A DNA stretch of 64,000 nucleotides from an uncultured delta proteobacterium (GTDB lineage: Bacteria; Desulfobacterota; Desulfobacteria; Desulfobacterales; Desulfosalsimonadaceae). Shown in pieces: positions 46,953-56,371 of the stretch (positions are counted from its first letter, which is position 1; each line of letters starts with the position of its first letter). Both the position numbers and the translations under genes were made by a program. The stretch covers positions 256,001 to 320,000 of the forward strand of contig CAWGYD010000001.1 in assembly GCA_963826785.1 (NCBI GenBank). The letters are read 5' to 3'. The notes beneath the pieces are model-generated. The model worked only from the letters and a program-made list of their open reading frames with translations. It did not search any database and had not been told where the DNA came from.

Positions 46953-48335
46953 ATGAAAAGAGCATTATATATTATCGGCATTCTGGTGCTTATGGTTACG
47001 GGCTTTGCTTCTTCATCCACGGGGGGCGGGATCGTCGTCCCACAGCCGGATCACGGATTGCGGCCGATGATCTTTGTCCACGGCTATTCGGGTTCCGGGG
47101 CGCAATTCGGGTCTCAGGCGATGCGGTTTTCCAGCAATTTCTATCCGGCCGAATACATATTTGCATACGACTACGATTCCACATTTACCGTAAACACGAT
47201 GGATGACGTATTCGCCGGTATCGATGCGCTGGTCGCTGCCGTAAAGGAAAAGACCGGGTTTGACCGTGTCGACATTCTCGGGCATTCCCTTGGAACCACG
47301 ATACTGCAGGGATACCTGGCCTATCCCGATCGCGCGGCAAATATCGCCCACTATGTGAATATTGACGGCCGCACAGCGCCAGCGCCTCCGGGAGGCGTCC
47401 CCACTTTGGCGATATGGGCGGGATATGGCCTCCCTGGTCGTGAAATCGTCGGGGCAACCAACGTCACAATTCCCGGTCAGACCCATGTTCAAGTGGCCAC
47501 TTCGGCGCAATCGTTTGTCGAGATGTACCGGTTTTTCACCGGGAATGAGCCGATGATCAGCGATATCATCCCCGATCCTCCGGATGAGGTCAGGCTTGCC
47601 GGAAGGGTGGTCTACTATCCGCTAAATATCGGGCTGCCGAATGCGAGATTGGAGATCTGGAAGGTCGATGCCGCTACCGGCGCAAGGTTCAAAAAGAAGC
47701 CGATGGTGAACTGCGCGCTTGGTTTTGATGGATCATTTGGCCCCATCGAGGTAACTGGAGGAGAGTCTTATGAGTTTGCCGTCATACAGGAGGGCGACGC
47801 AGCCTACACCCACCATTTCTATTTCGAGCCGTTTATCCGGAGTGATCATCTGATCCGCCTGCTCTCGTCACCTCGGGGCCAGGGCGTCAGTGCCCTGCTG
47901 GATACCGGTGACAACCACAGCAATGTGATTCTCCAGAGATATAAGGAATTATGGGGTGATCAGGGCGCCCAGAATGATGCGGTATTCATAAACGGCGTTG
48001 ATGTGGTGAATGCCGCCACCTGCCCGGTTAACCAGCTGATCAACGCAATGCTTGTTTTTGACAAAGGGGTGGATGGGGTGAGCGACATCAGTATGATGCT
48101 CTCCCCCTTCGATACGCTTATGTTCCTGAGCGGCGTTGACCTCTATATCCCCGGCGCTAACCCTCCGGATGATACCATACAGATTTTGTCGATTCCACGG
48201 GGTGATTACAATCACCCCCAGGTCGTTAATGCCGCCAACTGGGCGTCTTCCGATGACACGATATCGATCATGCTAAATGATTATGTTCAGGATATAAAAT
48301 CCTTCCCCGAGTGGGCCCGGCAGCAGGGGCAGTAA
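46953..48335 (+). CDS. Exported alpha/beta-hydrolase lipase, Archaeoglobus AFL-type
   Basis: Signal peptide; RP.IFVHG..GS..QF.SQ.MRF, nucleophile GHSLG, THVQ.ATS; C-terminal beta domain with YEF and H.Y..PF.R.D motifs as recalled for AFL. Confidence 0.8.
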   Translation: MKRALYIIGILVLMVTGFASSSTGGGIVVPQPDHGLRPMIFVHGYSGSGAQFGSQAMRFSSNFYPAEYIFAYDYDSTFTVNTMDDVFAGIDALVAAVKEKTGFDRVDILGHSLGTTILQGYLAYPDRAANIAHYVNIDGRTAPAPPGGVPTLAIWAGYGLPGREIVGATNVTIPGQTHVQVATSAQSFVEMYRFFTGNEPMISDIIPDPPDEVRLAGRVVYYPLNIGLPNARLEIWKVDAATGARFKKKPMVNCALGFDGSFGPIEVTGGESYEFAVIQEGDAAYTHHFYFEPFIRSDHLIRLLSSPRGQGVSALLDTGDNHSNVILQRYKELWGDQGAQNDAVFINGVDVVNAATCPVNQLINAMLVFDKGVDGVSDISMMLSPFDTLMFLSGVDLYIPGANPPDDTIQILSIPRGDYNHPQVVNAANWASSDDTISIMLNDYVQDIKSFPEWARQQGQ

Positions 48336-48528
48336 GGCCCGGAACAGATCCGGATAAGATGACAATCGCGAATAGGGCATTGATACTGGATTTGTGAGGA
48401 GTCTTCTTCCGGCTTCAATACACCGGGTATGCTTTTGAAGGAGACCATAGGCGTCACACCCTGGTCCGTGATCAAATCTTTTACAGATTTTTTTGATCAT
48501 CATAGATCAGGGCGTGAGCCTCCATTTA

Positions 48529-50710
48529 TTAATTCAACCCGGCAAACGCATGGCAATCCCCGCATTCATGGCTGATGCCGGCCGGGGTGGTATCGGTTAT
48601 GCCCCGGGCCGATGCCATGGCATTGACGGATTCTGTGGCCATGGCATCGAATGTGTGGGCGCTGATATCGCCATGCCGGTATTGGCCCAACTGGGTGGTC
48701 AGGGCATCATGCCAGTCGGCCGATCGGGCGGTTTTGGGCATGTGGCAGAGAATGCATTTTCCCATCCCCGTTCCTTCGGGATCATAGGGCGCCATCTGCT
48801 GGCTGCCGGTTTTATCAAACAGATGCGCCTCGACATCGCTTGCGATAACTGAAGTGTCCTGGGCCGTGGCTTTTTTATTTTTCAGCCGGGTGATGGTCCC
48901 TTCTTCGATATTCGGAAAAACCCGGCCGGGGCCGGAATGGCAGCCAAGGCAGGCGGCATTATTCTCCGCGCTGTATGTCAGCATGTGCGCATTTTCCGAA
49001 CCATGTGCGTCGTGGCAGCTCATGCAGGTTAAAAGCTGACTTGGGTTTTTAAATTTTGCCGTGCGAACCAGATCCGGGTAATGCTGCTGATGGTCTTTTG
49101 AATGGTTGACCACCGCACCAAAGAGCGTATCCATCCAGCTCGCCTCGGGATCTGTCTCGAAATTTGCCGGTTCGAGATACCCCTGGCCGGTGAGGGAGGC
49201 GATCTCCATGGTCCCGAAGGGGGCGATGTTTTTGCCCGTTTCATCCCCTGTTCCGAAAAACCGGGCGGGGCTCATGCCGGGGAGAAAGGTTTCATAGTTT
49301 CCCCGCCCGTCTGCCATCAAGGGGACTCCCCCCCCGATGTCCGTGTAATTTTGTCCCCTGATATGGCAGGTCCCGCAGATCATGTTCAATCTGCCCGGGG
49401 GAAGCTTTGACGGGGAGATGATCATGCGCCCCTTTCCTCCCGCGGCCAGATGGTTGGACCCGGGTCCGTGACATTTTTCGCAGCCGACATTGATTTCAGA
49501 TCGGGTGCCGTCAATGTCGTACCCGTTGTCGTCCTTCGGATACACGGCTGTTTTTCTTTGCGCCGACGGGTTCGAGATGGATGGTTTTGATATGGGTGGC
49601 GCCATGGCAGGCCGCGCAGGCCAGATCAAAGGAGAAAAGCTCCGGGTCTGCCGTAAAGCCGTTGTTCTCCGTTCCGGAAAAATCCCATTGTTCGGCATGG
49701 TAGGTGACGAATTTTTCACCGTTGATCGAATCCGGGTCCTCGTTGTACTGGATGGGGGCCATCACATAGTATGCGTAATCGGTGCCGGCCCTCCCGTGAT
49801 CCGGGGCATATGTCCCGTCACCGGCATATACCGTGGTCATGAAAAGTCCGCGCCAGAGGCCCGTCTCGCCCCCGTAGCTGTATTTGATGTAAAATCGGGG
49901 ACTGGTGTCTGAGGTCAGCTGAAAATACAGACCATCGGCATCTTTTCCCAGCCAGAAGGATTTTTCGGCATCGTCGGCAAACGTGTACGGTGTGGCCGGA
50001 TCGGTAAAGTGGCTCAGCATTTCATCATTGTTGGCGGATAAATCGTAGACGGATGCATCGTCTAAATCCATGGCATCATTGGTAACGGTGCCTGACGGCC
50101 CGATTTTTCGAATGCCCGTAAAATGAAGCGTGTGTTTTATCGATGCTTTCTGCGGGTGACAGATCAGGCAGACCGTGCTGCCGACGTAAGCGGCATCGGT
50201 GCCGCTGGTGTCTGAGAGGATGATGTCCTTTTTAATCGCGGATTTTCCCAGGACAAGGCTCGCCCCCGATGCATCTCCGCCCGGAAGCAGATCATTAGAT
50301 TTTGCCGGCGGATCGACAAAGAGGAAATAGGCGTCGTTTGCGGGATAAGCACCGGAAAAATCATCGGGTGTAAATTGATAATATCCATTTGCATCGGTGA
50401 CAGCGGAAGGATATCCATTGTCTGCTTTGGCCAGATCCTCGACGGGGGAAACGGAATCGGCTGTCTCGATATCAGCGGCGTCGACCAGGACCACCGTGGC
50501 CCCGGCAATCGCCCGGCGGGCTGCATCCTCATCGGGATGGTTGTTTATCACCCTGCCGGAAAGAACGGCATTTTTGGCAACAGGGGGATTTTCGCTGTCT
50601 GACCCACCGCCACCGCCCCCGCTGCATCCGGCGGTCAACAGGACGGCAAAAGCCGCCGCTGCGGCCATCATGATTGATGTTTTCATAAATCTTGCTGAAT
50701 CTGGTTTCAA
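48529..50710 (-). CDS. Octaheme cytochrome c lipoprotein with N-terminal Ig/carboxypeptidase-regulatory-like domain (indel ~49550-49590)
   Basis: Lipobox TAGC plus poly-Gly linker; YVGSTVCLICH, CAACH | VGCEKCHGPGS.H, CGTCH, CMSCH, CLGCH, CILCHMP, CGDCH. Confidence 0.8.
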
Positions 50711-50786
50711 AATTTCTTTTCTTCCTGGTTATTTGGATAACTCCAGTAAATTGGCAATTATACTCTCTTTGAAATCGGGGCACAAA

Positions 50787-50889
50787 AGTCCCCCTTTGGA
50801 AAAGGGGGATTTAGGGGGATTTCAATGAATTTTGACGCACCGAAATTTTAAATCCCCCCCGGCCCCCCCTTTTGACGAAAGGGGGGAGA
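50787..50889. repeat. Pair of inverted REP-like palindromic units
   Basis: AGTCCCCCTTTGGAAAAGGGGGATTTAGGGGGATTTT, then the inverted copy AAATCCCCCCCGGCCCCCCCTTTTGACGAAAGGGGGGAG. Confidence 0.7.
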
Positions 50890-50986
50890 AAATAAAAAAA
50901 CAAAAATGCTGCTGGAGTTTAATGGATAAGCAGATTTTTCTTTTATATCACATGATGCTTGAAAAATCATTGAATGCTGAAAAGAC

Positions 50987-51016
50987 AAAAAGCCCCCGCC
51001 GGAGCGGGGGCTTTTT
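50987..51016. terminator. Bidirectional intrinsic terminator after the decaheme gene
   Basis: AAAAAGCCCCCGC-CGGA-GCGGGGGCTTTTT. Confidence 0.85.
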
Positions 51017-51058
51017 GATCTATCGGACAGGGCTGTTAAGCGGCCTTATCCTTGAGGG

Positions 51059-53332
51059 TTAATCCATCAGGCCATGGGCCTTGGTGACATCGGCGATATT
51101 GCCGGGTCCATGGCAGATGGCGCAGGTGTCGACGGTGTCCACAGAACCCCGGTTCCAGTCGATGGCCCCGCCGAACTGCTCCATGTGGCTCATGTCGGCA
51201 AGGCTGTTATGACAGGCGTAGCAGGCGCCGGCGATCGGCGTGATCACCCAGTCCGTGTCATTGGGCACGGTGTCGCGGGCCGCCGCCACATCGGCGCTGG
51301 TCGCATCCATTCCACTCATGACGCCCGTGATCCGGTCTGTGCTCATCAGCGCATTTTCAGGAACTTCATCCGGGAGGTAGGAGGTATCCAGGTGGCACTT
51401 GGTGCAGTTGGCGAGATTTCCCGGAAAGGTGACTTCAGACCAGTCATAGAAACCGCCGTGGCTTCCGCCTCTCACGAACTCGTAGGCAGATGCGCGGAAA
51501 TCTGCCGCATGAATGCCGTGGATCATGTCCTTGAGGTTATTGGTGGCTTCGGGATAATCTATCGGATTAGGACCGGCACCGGCAATCGGGGTCGCATTTG
51601 CGCGTCCCGAACTGGTCAGGTTCTGGTTATGGCACATGGTGCAGATTTGAACGCCGCCATCGGCCGTAAATACTCGGTTTCCGCCATGTCCTTCGAAAAT
51701 CTCATGGCAGGCGCCGCAGCCGAAACTGTCCGCAATGTCGCGCCGCGGGGTATTTCCGGCAACGGTCTTCACGACGGACTTGGTGTGCAGGGAGATCGTT
51801 TCACCGGCCACGTTCTGCTGATAATAGCCCTGCAGACCGACGGTCCGCATGGAGGCGCCGGCAGGGTAGGGATTGGGCAGGGTGGCGGTGCAGGTGCCGG
51901 AGGCAAACGTCAGATTACCGGCCGATCCATCTGCCAGGTTTGCGATGCTGATGGCTTGCGGCTGTCCGGCGGATCTGCCCAGGTTGTTGAAATCAGCCGG
52001 CTGGCTGATGCCGTCCTGGGGCAGGGCATAGGCAAACAGGAAGCTGGGCGAACCGCTCAGGCCGGCGGGCAGGCTTTTCAAATTCATGGCCGTGCCGTTG
52101 GAGAGAATCCGGAAGGTGATGGTCAGCATGTTGCCCTGGAGAACCGCCTTGTCGATTTCATACTCGATTTTGCGTTCCCCTTTGAGCAGGCCGGGGTTGT
52201 TTTCCGTGGCGTTTGCCGTGGTATGGATCTTGTCGATATCCAGTACCGGAACGATCTGGTTGTTGTGGCAGGCATCGCAGTTGCCGATGATGTTGGTGTG
52301 GAAGGAAGCGTTTTCCAGGACCCGGTCCGGGACGCCGTGGCACTGCATGAAGCACAGGCTTGCAGTTTGAACGGTCTTCCAGTTGTTTCCCTGGGGGGTG
52401 GCCTGATCATCGCCGTTGTGGCACTTCCGGCAGTTGCGCAGGTCCTGCGGATAGGTGACCTCCGAGTAATCCAGCGCGTTGCCGGAACGGTCGGTTATGT
52501 TCTCAAATTTGCCGCCGCTGTGGATGGTATGGGCAAGATATGCCAGATTCCCTTCGCCTTCGGCCAGTCCGGGATTGTGGCAGGTGACGCAGTATCCGAC
52601 CTCGGTGCGGCGGCCATGGATGGCCAGCGGATCATGGCATTCGTTGCAGGATGCGGTCATGGCCACATTCCGGTCATGGGTCACCGGGCTTCCGTCGGGC
52701 ACGAAGTCAAAGACAAAATTGCTCGGCTCAAAACCGGTGTCGCCGCCGCCGATCTGGCCGGCCAGGCGGTGGGTGACCGTGGGATCATAGGCGGGATCAC
52801 TGCCCACATCCGCGGCAAAGGTATAGGTGTATGTATTGTCGCCATTGGCCACCAGGACGCCGCCGTGATTGGGGCTGTCATAGGTGGGCTCGCCCGTATT
52901 GCTGACAATGTAGCTGTGCCAGGAATCGGGATTTCCATCGCTGCCCGCCACCAGCTTGACCAGGGTAAAGCGGATGACGTTGTCATAGATGTTCTCGGCA
53001 ATCGAATCGAGGCCGTCTACCGGGCGGCCCAGATCATCGACAAGTGCAAATGTGACTTCAGGCGGGCTGTCAATCGACACGGAAATGCTGTCGGGCTTCA
53101 TGCTGACGGTGCCCAGTTCGGCCTGCTGTTCGACGGTCATGGTGGAAAGATCAACCACCGCACCGCTGGGGGGGCCGGCGGGCCCGGGAGGGCCTTCCGG
53201 ACCGGAGGGACCGGCGGGGCCGGTATCCCCATCATCCCCGCTGCCGCATCCAGTCATAAGAAATGCGGACAGCAAGAGGATGAGAACACCAAAAAGCATT
53301 CTCCTCAATTTTTTTGAATGACTGCGGGGCAT
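51059..53332 (-). CDS. OmcA/MtrC family decaheme cytochrome c lipoprotein
   Basis: RBS AAGGAG; lipobox MTGC; Gly-X-Y linker; two pentaheme domains (CNECH, CVTCH, CRKCH, CFMQCH, CDACH; CGACH, CTMCH, CTKCH, CYACH, CAICH); G.YTYTF, HG.R and H.IH motifs. Confidence 0.92.
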   Translation of the reverse strand: MPRSHSKKLRRMLFGVLILLLSAFLMTGCGSGDDGDTGPAGPSGPEGPPGPAGPPSGAVVDLSTMTVEQQAELGTVSMKPDSISVSIDSPPEVTFALVDDLGRPVDGLDSIAENIYDNVIRFTLVKLVAGSDGNPDSWHSYIVSNTGEPTYDSPNHGGVLVANGDNTYTYTFAADVGSDPAYDPTVTHRLAGQIGGGDTGFEPSNFVFDFVPDGSPVTHDRNVAMTASCNECHDPLAIHGRRTEVGYCVTCHNPGLAEGEGNLAYLAHTIHSGGKFENITDRSGNALDYSEVTYPQDLRNCRKCHNGDDQATPQGNNWKTVQTASLCFMQCHGVPDRVLENASFHTNIIGNCDACHNNQIVPVLDIDKIHTTANATENNPGLLKGERKIEYEIDKAVLQGNMLTITFRILSNGTAMNLKSLPAGLSGSPSFLFAYALPQDGISQPADFNNLGRSAGQPQAISIANLADGSAGNLTFASGTCTATLPNPYPAGASMRTVGLQGYYQQNVAGETISLHTKSVVKTVAGNTPRRDIADSFGCGACHEIFEGHGGNRVFTADGGVQICTMCHNQNLTSSGRANATPIAGAGPNPIDYPEATNNLKDMIHGIHAADFRASAYEFVRGGSHGGFYDWSEVTFPGNLANCTKCHLDTSYLPDEVPENALMSTDRITGVMSGMDATSADVAAARDTVPNDTDWVITPIAGACYACHNSLADMSHMEQFGGAIDWNRGSVDTVDTCAICHGPGNIADVTKAHGLMD

Positions 53333-53863
53333 CAATTTCTCCTTTCTTCTATTTCTGCTTGGGGGTGTTGTTTGGGATTCCGGCATGGGCATCCCGTTTA
53401 CGAACAGCTTATGTATGGGGGCTGGGAAATATCGCTATGCCCAACATCAGAAAACCACATTTGCATTTCGAAACAGTGTTTTTCATCAGGCAAAATAAAC
53501 AAGCTGTATATATCACGTAGTGGCATGCCACAAAGTGACACAGAATAAAACGCAGTGTCAACAGAAAAAATGTGAGTTTCTGATAAGCGAATTTTCGCAC
53601 AATGTCGCCGGTTGAAAGCGCCTGATCCGGCTGGGCGGTGTTTTTACAATTATCCGGTGAATTCGATATAATTTTTTATCAGCGGGAATTTGCGTGGGAT
53701 GCGGGAAATTGACAGGGTACCCGCCAGGTCCTAAATTTTCAGGGGGCATCAATAGAATGGACATGAAAACAGGATCTTCGTCCGTGCAGGCATTTTTCCG
53801 GAACAACGGTTTAAAATCTGAATCCGGGTTCGATTTGGACGCACCGGCCGGCGATGTGCTTAA

Positions 53864-54337
53864 ATGAAGATGCCTGCGCGATCCCTGCTGGTGCAGTTTC
53901 TCAAGTACGGCATTTCCGGCGCGATGGCCACGCTGGTTCAGATCCTGGTGTTCTATACGCTGGCATGGAAGGTGTTTCCGGCCCTTCACCCCGATGATCC
54001 GGTGGTGAAACTGCTGGGCCTTTCGGTTGCGCATCTCAGCAACTCGCAGCGCGCCATCCATTCGATGTTGTGCAATGCCGTCGCGTTTGTGTTTGCCAAC
54101 ACCACCGCTTACCTGATCAATGCCGCCTGGGTTTTTGAACCCGGCCGGCATCGCCGGTGGGTGGAAGTCGGGCTGTTTTATCTGGTGTCCGGGGCCAGCA
54201 CGGCGATCGCTACAGCCATCATGGGGACGATGATCCGATATCTGGGAATGCACACCACCAATGCCTTTCTGGTCAATATCGGCGTTGCCCTGGTGCTCAA
54301 TTACGGATTCAGGAAATTTTTAATTTTCAAGGGATGA
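53864..54337 (+). CDS. GtrA family membrane protein
   Basis: QFLKY...G..AT, N.VAF, Y.IN..WVF and NY..RK.LIF motifs. Confidence 0.85.
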   Translation: MKMPARSLLVQFLKYGISGAMATLVQILVFYTLAWKVFPALHPDDPVVKLLGLSVAHLSNSQRAIHSMLCNAVAFVFANTTAYLINAAWVFEPGRHRRWVEVGLFYLVSGASTAIATAIMGTMIRYLGMHTTNAFLVNIGVALVLNYGFRKFLIFKG

Positions 54338-55180
54338 GGCGGGGCGGGTGCCGATTTCCGTAAATGTCGTCCGGATGATCCGGCCATCTTCCAGCCCCTC
54401 CCGGATCCGGGGGCTGAGCAGCGCGCAAAATTCATCCTCGTTTCGGTAAGCCGGCATGGCCTCCCGGAGGGCCGCTGTTTTGCGGATTGCCGGGTGGCAA
54501 TAAACCTCTGTCAGGCCGTCTTCGATGCGGGGGATGATGCGCATCCAGGCCGCTTCGGTCATATGGCCGGTTTCATGCAGCCCGAAAATCGCCCGGTTAA
54601 ATGTAATGCCCGCCTGGATGAGCCGGATGCGCAGCCGCCGCACCCAGGGGGACATGGCTGCGGCAGTCACAAAGGGGGTGATTCTCAACGGGGGGCGCTT
54701 CTGAAAGGGGAGCCGTATGGCCTTGATCCCGTATTTTCGGGCCAGGGGCAGCACGATATCCAGGATGGCGGGATGGATGTGCAGGTGGTTGTGGCTGTTC
54801 AGGTGGTCCATTTCAAGCCCCGTGTCCAGAAAAGACCGGATCTGGGCCTCGCACTCTTTGGCAATCTGGCGCTTGTGTTCTTTTGAAAAAAAACGGCGGA
54901 TGCCGCTTAAGACGATGTGCCGGGAAAACTGTTTTGAGGTGTCCACCAGTGCGGGAATTTCATGTGCCGGGAGCACGGAAAGACCGTCTGCCAGCACCAG
55001 GTGGAGGCCGACTTTGAGGGCCGGGTTTTGTTTGGCCATCCAAACGGCCTCTTTTGCCGCCCTGCCGCTGACCATGAGGCTGGCGCAGGTGAGCACCCCT
55101 TTTTCACAGGCCTGGATTACGGCCTGGTTGGTTTCCGTGCACAATCCGAAATCGTCGGCGGTGATGATGAGCTGTTTCAT
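54320..55180 (-). CDS. hpnK: Hopanoid-associated YdjC/ChbG-like deacetylase HpnK
   Basis: LIITADDFG, VGLHLVL, DHLNSH.HLHIHP and EVYCHP motifs; clustered with hpnI and hpnJ. Confidence 0.88.
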   Translation of the reverse strand: MKQLIITADDFGLCTETNQAVIQACEKGVLTCASLMVSGRAAKEAVWMAKQNPALKVGLHLVLADGLSVLPAHEIPALVDTSKQFSRHIVLSGIRRFFSKEHKRQIAKECEAQIRSFLDTGLEMDHLNSHNHLHIHPAILDIVLPLARKYGIKAIRLPFQKRPPLRITPFVTAAAMSPWVRRLRIRLIQAGITFNRAIFGLHETGHMTEAAWMRIIPRIEDGLTEVYCHPAIRKTAALREAMPAYRNEDEFCALLSPRIREGLEDGRIIRTTFTEIGTRPASSLEN

Positions 55181-56316
55181 GTTTCTTTTTCCAGCATTCT
55201 GCCGTGTTTCAGGACAAAGCTTCTGCCTCTCCAGTACCCTTTTTTCTTTACAAGTCCCGTCAGCCAGACGAATACGCCCAGGATATCCCGCAGGGGCAGC
55301 AGCCAGGCATATTTCAACGCGTCCAGGTCGCCCAGAAAAGCCGCATTGATCATTGCGGTAAAAATCCGCAGGCCCAGCGCAGAAAGGAGCACCCCCATTC
55401 CGTAAGTGCCGCCGGCTGCAGCATAGAGGCAGGCAAACGGAAGGCCGCGCACGAACAGGCTCAGGATGAACCCGGAGGGGTTGGCCGATCTGGTTTTCTG
55501 GTCCCAGCAGACCTGGTGCCGCCACCACTGGCCGGCCGTCTGGATATCCAGGCTCATCTTGACGGAATAGGGGATGAAACGGATCCGATACCCTTTCTGC
55601 ACGGCGCGGCGGCCCAGTTCGTAATCTTCCACGTAAAAGTCGCACAGGGGGGCCAGTCCGTCGATTTTCTGCAATACGCCACGCCGCATGGCCATGTTGG
55701 CCCCGGTGCAGGCCAAAGCGGTCCGGGTGACCACGGCAAAAATGATGGAGACGATAAAATCCGTGTTAAAGGAGAGAAGGGCAAGGGCTTCATAGAGGTT
55801 TTTCGGATTCCATGCCCGGTAAATGGTGCAGCAGACGCCCGTTTGCGCATCGGCCAGGGGCGCGACAATGTTTTTGAGGTAATCGGGTTCCAGAAACATG
55901 TCCGTGTCCGAGAAAACGAGAACCTCCCCCCGGGCCAGACGGCTGGCATTGTGCAGGTTGTTCACCTTTCCGTTGGTCCCGATCACCCGCTCATCGATAA
56001 CGACCCGGGTATTTAACAGTTCAGAATCCCTGACGATTTTCTCTATGACCGCCAGTGCCGGATCACTTTTTCGCTGAACGGCAAAAATCACCTCGTATGC
56101 CGGGTAATCCTGGCGGCAGGCAGACGCCAGATTGGGCAGAAGATCCTTTTCCAGACCGCAGACCGGCCGGATCAGCGACACGAAAGGAACAAAGGGGTCA
56201 GGCTGGGCAAACCCGCCCTTTCGTTTTGAGACAAAAAAGATCACGCAGGCGGTGGTCCCCACCCAGAACAGGCCGGCCATGAAAACGGGAATGAGAAGCA
56301 GGAAGGGCCAGTTCAT
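55177..56316 (-). CDS. hpnI: Hopanoid glycosyltransferase HpnI (ceramide glucosyltransferase-like)
   Basis: VSL.RPV.G, QDYP.YEV.F, G.N.KVNNL, SDTD, EDY.LG and Q..W motifs. Confidence 0.85.
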   Translation of the reverse strand: MNWPFLLLIPVFMAGLFWVGTTACVIFFVSKRKGGFAQPDPFVPFVSLIRPVCGLEKDLLPNLASACRQDYPAYEVIFAVQRKSDPALAVIEKIVRDSELLNTRVVIDERVIGTNGKVNNLHNASRLARGEVLVFSDTDMFLEPDYLKNIVAPLADAQTGVCCTIYRAWNPKNLYEALALLSFNTDFIVSIIFAVVTRTALACTGANMAMRRGVLQKIDGLAPLCDFYVEDYELGRRAVQKGYRIRFIPYSVKMSLDIQTAGQWWRHQVCWDQKTRSANPSGFILSLFVRGLPFACLYAAAGGTYGMGVLLSALGLRIFTAMINAAFLGDLDALKYAWLLPLRDILGVFVWLTGLVKKKGYWRGRSFVLKHGRMLEKET

Positions 56317-56371
56317 ATCATATTCCCGATTGGACGCCCGCTGCCGGAAGGCTGCCGCATGGGGATCAATT

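Noticed and set aside
51074..53317. 747-aa plus-strand ORF
   Set aside because: Antisense shadow of the decaheme gene; no motifs; typical of GC-biased codon usage.
53520..53531. Perfect palindrome GTGGCATGCCAC upstream of the decaheme gene
   Set aside because: Single short occurrence; neither strand gives a GG-N10-GC box; cannot be assigned.
55181..55645. N-terminal extension of the hpnK ORF
   Set aside because: Overlaps hpnI out of frame; the family start MKQLIITADDFG is at 55180.
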